This document shows positions 1 to 11,100 of a DNA stretch of 64,000 bases, piece by piece (within the stretch, counting starts at the first letter, position 1; each line of letters begins with the position of its first letter). Source of the stretch: Adineta vaga (lineage: Eukaryota; Animalia; Rotifera); the NCBI GenBank assembly GCA_021613535.1, contig CP075492.1, positions 15,066,001 to 15,130,000 of the forward strand, given 5' to 3'. The position numbers and the translations under genes are program-made. The notes under the pieces were generated by a model. That model was not told the origin of the DNA and made no database searches. It saw nothing but the letters and a program-made list of their open reading frames with translations.

Positions 1-347
1 AGTGTATTTTGTAAAATACGTTGTCGTTGTTCAACTAAGACATGTCCTTTTGGATCCAATGGATTAATAGCAATGGTTGTTATACGTCGATTGATGACTG
101 CAAATATAGCAAGTAAAAAAGGAAAACAATCGATAAATAATAGTTGAATAGTAAATATTAAACGTTTTTCTAATGCGAAAGTTTTTGTATTATTATCGAT
201 TGTGATTGTCCATGGAAATTTATCAAATAAAGCCATTGTTAGGAGAATGGTAGTAATAACGATTGATATGATCATTAATGGAAGAACTCGCCGTTGATAT
301 TTACGAAGTCCTACTTGTTTAGTTTTCTTTTCTGTTTCCGTTGTCAT
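1..347 (-). CDS. TMEM79-like (MAPEG superfamily) membrane protein, 5' part; runs off the window start
   Basis: Manual translation from ATG 347: MTTETEKK...LMIISIVITTILLTMAL...LEKRLIFTIQLLFID...INRRITTIAINPLDPKGHVLVEQRQRILQNT. It has two TM helices and the R-x-LQNT motif of TMEM79/MAPEG proteins. Absent from the ORF track because there is no stop in the window. Confidence 0.7.
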   Translation of the reverse strand, partial: MTTETEKKTKQVGLRKYQRRVLPLMIISIVITTILLTMALFDKFPWTITIDNNTKTFALEKRLIFTIQLLFIDCFPFLLAIFAVINRRITTIAINPLDPKGHVLVEQRQRILQNT

Positions 348-573
348 TATTTATTTTATTCAACAATAACAAAAAAGCTGTTTATGTACTGGTTATGTTA
401 TCTTATCTAATGTGTATGACTAAACATTCACAAATGTATGTATAGTTATACTATTAAACAATCCAATGAATTTAAAGAAAATATATAGATCATAATAGAG
501 GCACATAGAATCGCATGATGACAACTAAGTTTAATGAAAAGAGAGGGCTTGATTTTTATTTAAGACATGCTAT

Positions 574-1543
574 TCAAAGATTAGGAGCCAGAAGTTTTGC
601 AATGATTTCATCATTTTTACATCTATAATTGATAAAGAAAAAACTATATTCAAATATGGATCGATAATACAATAAAACATACCCTTTAATAAATTCTTCT
701 TTGCTTACTTTCTTATCACCATTAATATCGAGTTTATCAATCATTTCTTTTGCACGTTTGTGTGGATCTTTCTCACCATGACGATCTTTTACTCTAGCTC
801 GATCATACTAGAATGATGAAAGATCAAATTATTAATGAATAGAATGAGAAGAAATTTAATTGTACCATAGCTGAAATCAAGTGACCCAATTCATTCTGAT
901 CGAGTTGTCCATCTTCGGAAATATCCCAACTAAATATTTGAAATGAAATTTTCGTTTTGAAAAAGAAAATTTTCTTAAATTTACAAATCAAATATGAATT
1001 CAAGTCGATGATCAAGATCACCACGAAAATTATTCACAGCGGTAGCAAAAAGATATTCATTGAAATCAACTGTTCCATCACTATTTTGATCCATATTTTT
1101 AAACACACTCCTATAGAACAATTAAGTCAACATATATATATCAATCAATCATATTAATCACATACGCGCATATTTCTGTATCAGTATCCGGATCAAATTG
1201 TTTGCATACATTAATAAATCTATCTTGATCAAGTTTACCTGATGGACACATTTGAATAAATCCCTTCACAAAAAAAACGCAAATAACTATAGAGTTCTAT
1301 TCGTTGAACATACTTCATAACATATCTTGATTTCTTTTCAGAAAAAATAAAAAAATAGTTTAAATATAATATAAACGATCATTTACCTTTATCACTCAAC
1401 TTAGAATTTGTTCGGAGTACAGCCAATTCTATGAGAAAGTTCATATAAAAGAATCTTAGATCAAAAAGTTTAGCAAAAACAAGTAAACCTTTCTGTGTTA
1501 AATACGTCGTTTTTCGTTGTTTACGAATTGATTTCGTATCCAT
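574..1543 (-). CDS. EF-hand calcium-binding protein, neuronal calcium sensor (NCS/recoverin/KChIP) family, multi-exon
   Basis: Spliced pieces GFIQMCPSGKLD, VFKNMDQNSDGTVDFNEYL, WDISEDGQLDQNEL, KLDINGDKKVSKEEFIKG and CKNDEIIAKLLAPNL*. Short GT-AG introns; ATG 1543, TGA 576-574. Confidence 0.85.
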
Positions 1544-1768
1544 TTTTTGATATTATTGCAATCGTCAAAAACAAAAAGTGTGTATTCTACTGTTAGATTA
1601 AACGACATGCTTCATTGAGAACGTGAATAAATAAAGAATAATCAAGCATGTAACACTCCGAAAACAATAACTGAAATGAAACTTTATTACGACACTATAA
1701 AAAAAAAAGAAAAGTTTTGTTTGAAGATGTTTGAATGTTGTTTAAAGCAGATGCATATACCCACATCT

Positions 1769-2831
1769 TCAAGATTCAAATGCATTGTCAGAAGTACGCA
1801 GTATAGTGCTTACAGGACCAATTTGATTGTAATTAAAACAAAACAAATGTTTTTTACATCGGTGCCAACATTTTTTTATGAGAATATATCTGACTTGTTG
1901 ACGATAGCGAGATGATGTTGCTGTAAATATATAAAAATTGCTCTAAAATAAATACATATTTTTCAAAATTGTTGAAAAAGAAAAACAATACCGCAAAATT
2001 CATGGTGAAAAATGAAACGAAAATCGTTTGAATCAATCGTCTAATAACATTTTGTAGAGAATTTGATGGTGTAATTGGAGTATTGATTCCATAGACACGA
2101 TATATGGCAAAAGGCAATGAAAATATTACGAAAAAAAGAATTCGTATCAACACCATGGATGTCATTTGTCGATCGAATCGACGACGAGCAATAGGTATTT
2201 GTCGACGAACAATACGACGAACATTACGATAAGCTAAAAGACCAAAAGTTGCCGAAAACATAATGGGTAAAAGACCATATAAAATAGGATAGAAAAAAAC
2301 TGTTGAATACGATGCCCATATTGAATTGGAAATAACACATCCGACAGATGGTTGAATATTCATAAAAAGACCAGAAACAATACTATGCAGAAACCATAGA
2401 GAACTAGCGACAATTGTTTGATATCGAGCTAATTTAAGTGTACATATATGTCTCAAATTCAATCGATAGCATGTTGAAAAGAATTGATCACAAGCAGCAA
2501 AGCATATTGTCGATAATGAAATGAGTATACATGTTTGAAAAAGTATTAATCTTAATCGACACCAAATCAATGAATACGTACCGAGATCGTATCCATATAT
2601 GATTTGTATAATAGCATTGATAGAATAAGTACTTACATAGATTGTATCAACAATTGCTTCAACAGTTAAATAGAAAGCGCATCGATGATTACGAAAAATG
2701 CTAAGACGAGTAAAAACAAGAATAGTAAGAGCATTGCCAATTATACCAGCAAGAAATATGATATACCAACTATGAAGGGTATATTGTGTATTAATATTAA
2801 GAATGAACACAATTGTCGAAGTAGATGCCAT
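1769..2831 (-). CDS. Class A (rhodopsin-like) orphan GPCR, 2 exons
   Basis: GN in TM1, CFAACDQF at the DRY position, seven hydrophobic segments. Intron 1991-1943 restores SNFYIFTATSSRYR and a stop at 1771-1769. Confidence 0.85.
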
Positions 2832-3182
2832 GCGAATATTCTTTGATTTAAATTATACCAACGCGTTGAACTTGTCTAATTTTTCTTCATCTTACAACAT
2901 GTCAAAGCTGCAGATTAAGGAAATAGAATGAAATAGAAAAAAAAAATTGTTATATCAATGGATATCGTGCAGGAGAGATTTTGTTGTCACTTTGTCATAG
3001 CGTCAAATTATGTTCGAGAAAAAAGAATATAATCATCATGGAATAAGCTATATAGTTTCTCAATCTAAAAGATAGGCAGTAAGTGTTGCATTTAAATATC
3101 AAGCGAACTTTAATTGCATTCAATTCTCATTTAACTTTGTTCTTTTGTGCAAATCTCAAAATAGAATTTTTTGAAGATGATT

Positions 3183-4546
3183 TTATTTACGTTGTAAAAA
3201 TTTACTGATTGTACATAGTAATACGAAAAATGAAGATAGTTTAATGATTGTTCTTGTTTCAGTTAGATTAGAGAGAATATCAGTAATTCGTTGGAGCAAT
3301 TCCGTTTGATTTCGTGAATGTAATAGAATTTCATGTAATGTCTCTTGAGAGTTATTATTCTCAGTTGAAGGTAATTGTAAATTATTAGTGAATACACGTT
3401 GACGTAAATAGTTGATAAATTGAGGAAATTCTTCTTCTGTCATTGGTTGAGCATCATTATAAATCCGATTACCAGATTCTCTAAACTCACGGATAATAAC
3501 TCGAAGAGCATCTGGTGAAATTTGTTCATCGGCAGATGTATCCGTAGGACAACTTGCTTCTAATGTGCACATATTTAAAGCTAAAATAACAATCAAAAAA
3601 TTAATAAAGAATAAAATGAAGACATTTTACTTACAAGATGATATCTGTAATCGAGTTTCAACAGCTCGGATCTCAGCAAGTAATTCATTATAATTTGCAT
3701 CAAAATTAACTGATGAAGAAAAATCAACATATAATCGATCTCGAATTACTATACCTAACCATCCACGAGGTTCGTAGGATGGTTCCAGAAGACACGGAAT
3801 GAAATCAATACGTTTCTTATCAGTATACAAAACTTCTACGAAAAAGATTTCGTAATGAATAATAGAGTTACGAAAAAGTTATGTATTACCTTTTTGACAA
3901 AATTCACTTCCATAATATGCAGGATTGATAAAAAACAGAACAACAAAGGCATTTTCAATTGCTTCAGCCATTCCTTGATGTATAAAACCATGTAAATCAT
4001 TTCTATCCATCCAAACTCTATAACCTATAGCCTATACACATAAAACAAATATAGACTTTAGTTTTATACTATCGATTCACAAAGTTTTAGCAATACGAAC
4101 TCTTAGTCTAGCACAGATTTGTTCACAAATTTCATATGATGAATCATGATGATAGCTCATCATAATATGTTGTTTTAAGTTGGATGTTGCTGCCTCATTG
4201 TTATCTTTCGTAACCACTGTACAAGATTGTTCATGATCTTTAATAAAAACGAAATAAGAAATATTTGGATTTGAATTGCATTCTAATAATACTGTCGTGC
4301 ATATCAATTAATGTTGAAGATCCTAACTCAGTAGAACTGTTATCATTCGTATCGACTCTCGGAGATATGTTAATTTCATTATCTATTGAAGACAACAAGT
4401 TTTCGAGGTTACCAAACTCTTCGACAATTAATGTTCCTATAAAAATATAAAAAATAATGACTGTGATCATATGATGTTCCTACCTGTTGCTTCTGAAGGT
4501 TGTTCAGACGACAGTGAACTATTATTTAAGGTACTTACTCTTCCAT
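3183..4546 (-). CDS. TIR-domain (TIR_2/SARM-like) protein, multi-exon
   Basis: Spliced HIMMSYHHDS...LR/AIGYRVWMDRNDLHG...MAEAIENAFVVLFFINPAYYGSEFCQKEVLYTDKKRIDFIPCLLEPSYEPRGWLGIV; weakly hydrophobic C-terminal tail. Confidence 0.8.
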
Positions 4547-5847
4547 TTTCAACTATATTCGACAGAAATAAATCTGAAGTAATAAATAAACATGATAAAA
4601 ATATTATTTACGAGGACATGAGACGGCATTTTGTGTAATGTTGTCAGTGCCATTCAATAATTGCTCCTACAAATCATCGATATATTTTGCTATCCAATAC
4701 TTTATTATATATAATTTTACTTGTAGTGCATCGGTAAGCATAGCGGTAAGAGGTTCCAGTGTTTTTGAAGAAGTCATGTATTACTATTGTTGCTAGAATA
4801 ACGATATATTTTATATTACTTTCTATCCACTCTTCTACAAAACTTTGAAAGAAAGCGTGTAACAGACACAATAGTATGATTTCTGATGCTTTTCAACGTG
4901 TTTCTGTGATAAAAAAAGACATATTTTTACCATTTCTTTTCTCTCCCACAAAATAAATAGTAATTGCACAAAAATTATACAAAATGATCATGCAGGTTTT
5001 CTTTTTTCTTTCTTCGTATCCGTTGCTTTTCTTTCTGCAGTGCTTCTACGTACTTTGTATTCGAAATATCTGGATTGCTGAGGGATGTAAGAAAAAAAAT
5101 ACACCTGTTCATCTTTCTTTCATTCTTATTGTGAGCAAAGGTGAAATAAAGATTTGCACCTCCAAAAGATGAAAACGTAATACTAATTTTACTTAGAAAA
5201 TATTAAATAAATAAGGAGAATATAAGATATCGGACTGATCGATTAACGGGAAAATCCTATTAGATTTTGTCTGAACGGTTTGAAACTTTGTTTGCAGAAG
5301 ACCAGATCTATATCTCAAAAGTGGTTCGAAAATTTATCCAAAATTTGAATTTTTTAGTAAGAAAAATACGTACAAATTCTTTGAAGAACCAGGAAATACG
5401 TAAAGGAAAGCTAGCTGTAGAAGATATTCTTAGATATCTGATAAAATTTTCAATTCGATCGAATTATAAGTTAAGACTGGGTTGATGTTGTCATAATCAA
5501 AAGCTTTCGACGGATAATGTAACAAGTGTCCACATAGTTTTTTTATATTGATATATGAATGTGGTATTATCTAATAGAAAAGAGAGAAATATTACTTTTT
5601 CACGAAAAAGAAAAACATTTTTTTCAAACATTCTTTCTGCAAGTAACCAACATTACGAGAAAAGGACATTTAGCATACGATCTCATCATATTCTATTAAA
5701 TAAACAAACATCAGTAGCAAATTTTTTCCTAAAGAGAAGTAACACCAATAAATACTTCTAAAACTGATAATACACGTAAAAGGACAAATGTTTCGAATTT
5801 TCAATATTGAAAGTCATTTTTTCCATTTAGTTTTACAAAAGAACCGA

Positions 5848-6579
5848 ATGATTTTTGTTCCAACAAATGAAAATACGATTTATATACCTACAATTAACAG
5901 TAAAAGCATGTTCTTATATTGATGTTAATTATCTATGAAATAATAAATTTCTTTCAGAAGGATGTTTGAAGAGAGAATTTGATTCAAAATATCCAAATCG
6001 TCTAAATGGAATAATAACAGCAAATCAATTCAAAGAATCGATGAATAATATTAATAAAATAATATCATCAAGAGTATTTAAAATAATCGCTCGTCTTATT
6101 TTGTTTATATGCGTTCTAGGTGGAATTCTTTTGATAATTCTTAGTAATACTGCGTTTCCAAAACCGAATCTATACGGATTTCCTATAATAGTTTTTGCTG
6201 GAGTAGGTTTATTTATTTTGGGATTGTTAACTTTATTTATTGGAAAACATTTCATTCGATTTCAACTTGCAATGCAAATATCTCGTTAGATATGGACGCT
6301 GTCAAGTAACTAAAATCGATTATTATGTAAGTTTTGATTTTCTATTGAAAAAAAGTTCATTTTAATCAAAACGATTGAATTTAGTTGATGATTGTAATTG
6401 CAAATAATATTGTTCATGAAAATTATCGATTTAATCCAATCATTCCTCAATCATCAACACCACCACCACCGTATAATAGTTTATCTTTAAAAAAAATATG
6501 TTCTCAATGTGATGCATCAACACAAAATGATATGGATCGGTTTTGTACAGCTTGTGGTTTACCATTTCATAGATATTAA
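5848..6579 (+). pseudogene. Small 2-TM protein with Pro-rich (PPPPY) tail and C-terminal CxxC...CxxC zinc ribbon; reading frame appears broken near 6287
   Basis: FDSKYPNRLNGII...two TM helices, then TAG at 6287-6289 ahead of the donor near 6327. The last exon encodes PPPPY and CSQC...FCTACG. Confidence 0.5.
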
Positions 6580-6757
6580 ATGTATTTGAGGATAGGTACA
6601 GATCTGAGTGTTAGAGCATTAAAGAATATATGAAATCACTTTCATCTTTTCTATATTATTTTATTTTATTTTTGATTGATGGTAAAAGAATTTTTGTCTT
6701 TACGACTTTGTTCGAACATAAGTAGATTTCTATTCATGTCGATAAATAATTGTCATT

Positions 6758-7564
6758 TTAATCACTTTGTTTCTCGTTTGAATCATCAGCGACGATTTGA
6801 TAAAATTTTCGACATGTATGACAACAATTTCCATGCATATTTGGTAGAGTATCTTTCATTCTATTTGCAGTACGTTTCTGAACTTTTAATCGATCTTTAT
6901 AAAATTGAATAAAATAATCATTTTGATTGAGTATTTGTGTACTTTTATCTATATCAAATCGATTAAATAGTTTCACAATATCATAACAGTTATCGTTCCG
7001 TGATGAATTCATAATCGCTAAATCTAATGCTGTATAACCATTAAAATCTTTAATCATTGTTGAATTCATATCCATCTTTTCTAACAATAATATTACACAT
7101 TCAATATGACCATATTCACATGCAAAATGTAAACATGTTTGACCACCAATTAAATATATAGGTGTCTGATGATCGACAAGAAATAATGCATCAAAATTTC
7201 TCATATTTAAATTAATATCAGAATGTTTAATCAATAGATTTACACATTCAATATTATTTTCTAAACATGCCCAATGTAATGGTGTATGTCCATATTTATC
7301 AATGATATTTACATTAATACTAGAGCAATTATCAAATTCATATAATATATATGATAATAATTGATCGTAACCACGCAAAGCACAAATATGTAATAAACCA
7401 GTTCCACTATTATCGATGATTTCATTTATATCTAAGTGATCAGTTTGAATTTTGAATAATAATTCTTTGACTTCTAATTCATTACTATAACACGCTGTTA
7501 ACCATCCATTTTCAGTAGTGATTTCTTCTTCTTCTTCCATACTTTCAATCGAAGCTAATGACAT
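6758..7564 (-). CDS. Ankyrin-repeat protein, intronless, with C-terminal CxxC
   Basis: GLLHICALRG, GHTPLHWACLEN, GQTCLHFACEYG, GYTALDLA. Confidence 0.85.
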   Translation of the reverse strand: MSLASIESMEEEEEITTENGWLTACYSNELEVKELLFKIQTDHLDINEIIDNSGTGLLHICALRGYDQLLSYILYEFDNCSSINVNIIDKYGHTPLHWACLENNIECVNLLIKHSDINLNMRNFDALFLVDHQTPIYLIGGQTCLHFACEYGHIECVILLLEKMDMNSTMIKDFNGYTALDLAIMNSSRNDNCYDIVKLFNRFDIDKSTQILNQNDYFIQFYKDRLKVQKRTANRMKDTLPNMHGNCCHTCRKFYQIVADDSNEKQSD

Positions 7565-8134
7565 TTGTGTAAAATATGTATATATAGATGAAATAACTTA
7601 CTTTCGAAATATGTGCACGTTTTGTGTAATGGTAAGAAGAATGTCAACGCGCGGGTAGAATAGTCACATATCCTCACCTTTACTCGCATGGTCATAGAAG
7701 TGAAAGAAACAGAATTGTGTTTTTTCTTTCGTTTTTATCAGTTTTCTGTACATACATTATTATGCATATGATATGAAAAAGTAAAAAAACAAGATTTAAA
7801 AAAGAAATGCATGCATCAGTAGAGAATAGTACGACAGATGAATTTAGTTTTCATTTCAGTATCAAAAATTTCTCTTTTCTCATTTAACAAGAATATTTGA
7901 AAACGTGACTTTTGTGAATGTACGTCAATCAATGTTGAATAAAAGAAAACATCTGCTCGAAAATATCCATTTTGTTGACGTCAATAACGAGACTTTACTT
8001 TTATCAAAACGGAACACACCATTCTTTACCTTACAAAAAAGGATTTTTTTAAATTTGATGGCATAAAGAAAATCTCTAAAACTATATAAATATCCATTTT
8101 TTCCTCCCAGTATATTTCATATACAAAAAAATAA

Positions 8135-11100
8135 ATGTTCCCTATGAAATATCTTTTCTATTTCAATTCTATTTACTCGATCATAGCTTTACTCCAAACC
8201 AATCTTTATTTTACCAATCAAGTAAGTGAAAATGAATATAATGATCAAATAGGAATACGATATAATTGTTTTCGACTTGCTTCATATATCAATAAAGAAA
8301 ATCTTATTCGAGCAATCTCATCGTATTGTCTAAGTGAATCAGCATTGAAATTTCCAATTGAAAATGATACTTCATTACAAACATTTTCATTTACTAAACT
8401 TGAAAAAATGAATATTACAAGTGAAGATTTATATATCTGGTCAACACCAATCGATATCATTGAACAATATCAAATCTATTTAGAAACAAACGATTTATCT
8501 TTAGCAAAACAGATCTTTTATAATTGTACATTACCGAGATTTGGACCCATGTGTCAATATGAATTATATTATTTCGATGAAAATCATGCATCATTATATG
8601 AACTCATTTATAGTTATTATGATGAATATTTCCATATTCCAATTAATTTAACTTGTTATACACATGTGAAATGTTATCGTGGTTATTCATCGGCATGTTT
8701 AGATTGGACAGAGATTTGTGATGGTAAAATTGATTGTCTCGATGGAAATTACGACGAAGAACATTGTTGGCAACTTGAATTTATTGAATGTCAAACAAGT
8801 CAATATGTATGTGATATTGGAGAATGTATACCATCTGAATTTGTTCGAGATGATGAAAATATTTTTGATTGTGTCGATCGATCTGATGAAAAACAATCAG
8901 ATCTTGGTCAGATTCCCTCAGACATTCATTATGAACCTGCATTTGGATATGATGATATTAGATGTGAAAATCAATTTTTGACGAGTTCATGTCTCATTTT
9001 TCGTCATTATCTCATAGCAGAATCAATGTTTTCAGTCAAAGATGAATCTATATCAGATAAATGTTGGTTAGCTTTCAAATGTTATTTTGGCTTTCCACAT
9101 CCAGAATATCCAGAGATAGACAACGATATTTATCGAGAATGTATACCTACAATAAATGAGACCTGTCCAGATATATTATATATTCCTAATATACCAGTTT
9201 TCTTTGGACATATCTATACAGCTTTTAAGAATAATTATACATTATTTGATGGCAATTATATTTTACCTTATTTATGTTCGAACAAATCTTTTACTTTTGC
9301 ATCATTTGATCTAGTTTCAGACATGCTAATAAACAATACAATGTGTTTTGATATTTCTCAATTCGCATCTACAAGCGTAGATACTAAATATCATTGGATG
9401 GATCGCTATTTTGCACCCATCAATGAAATCTATCGACAAATAGAAGAAATTAATTCGATAAATAATTTTTCTTTACATCGATGTAATGAATCCAATTTAT
9501 ATCAATGTTTAAATTCATCCAAATGTATTTCATTTCATCGTATTATGAATGATGTATACGATTGTCCTTATTATGATGATGAAAATATATTTGAAGATAA
9601 AAATCCTCAATTATTTGCCCAATTACAATATAATTATTATAAATGTCATACGACGAATAAATATATTTCTCTAGCAGCAATTAACAATCAAGAATGTGAT
9701 TGTGGATATCTCGAAGATGATCTTTGCGAAGACGAAAATGAATTGAAAATCTTTATTCAAACAACGATACCTTTTCAAACAATTTGTGATAGATATCGGG
9801 AATTATATCCAATAACAATCAATGGAAAAAATGAAACGGATGAAACTGAATGTGAACTATGGGAATGTAATAATATCTATACTCGTTGTGATAACATATG
9901 GAATTGTTTCTATGGTGAAGATGAAATCGGCTGTGATTCAACACCATCAATGTTTAATTGTTCTTCAGATCATCGAATATGTGTTACGCGAGACACATCT
10001 GAATTTTCTTGTTTACCAACTAACAAAATTAATGATGGTCAAATCGATTGTCTCGGAGGTACTGATGAACCATTGCTTTGCCGATCTCACTCACCTCATT
10101 TAACTGGAGAAGGAGGATTTTACTGCAGGAGTAACGATACTTCAGCATGTCTCGGGAATTATCAGTTATGTAACGATCAGAAAGATTGTCCATATGGAGA
10201 TGATGAACAATTTTGTCAAAAAAATCGATCAATTACTTTAAATGTTGAAAAGTTCTTACGTCACATTTCAATGCATCATCGGAAGATGGAAATTAAACAT
10301 TTTACAATCCAGGGATTCCATGAATCGTTTGGAAATGAAGAAAAAGACGAGGAAATATTAAATGTAGTAAATTCAAAACGTTACACACGAACATCTCTAT
10401 TGAATAATTTTCGTTGTCATCGTGGTCTTGATCTACGTGTTTGGTTAAATAAATCCTCCACACTTTATACAAGTACATGTCTTTGTCCGCCAAGTTATTA
10501 TGGAAATCAATGTCAATATCAAAATCAACGTGTCAGTTTAGCAATCCGATTTCATGCTTCAGCTCAATCAAGACAAACTCGATTTGCAATCTTAACTATG
10601 CTTATTGATGATACAAATCAACGAATCATTCATTCATACGAACAATTTACTTATTTATCTATTCGAGATTGTAAAATTAAATTTAATCTCTATTTACTTT
10701 ATTCGACTCGACCCAAACATCTAAATCGAACTTATTCAATACATATTGATATTTATGAAAAATCTTCTCTTACATATCGAGGAAGTTTTCTTTATCCAGT
10801 AAAATTCTTCTTCTTACCAGTTCATCGATTAGCATTCATTGTGAATATTCCATCAGAAGATGATTCTTATCGACGTGAGACATGTTCAGATAAGAAATGT
10901 CTTCATGGCAAATGTATAAATTATTTCAATACAAAAGAAACTTTTTGTCAATGTGAACAAGGATGGTCAGGACAACATTGTGATATTTCATATAATTGTA
11001 CTTGTTCATTATCGAATTCATTATGTATTGGTTTATCAAGTAATAATCGATCAATATGTATGTGTCAACAAAATTATTTTGGTCCACTATGTTATCTTCG

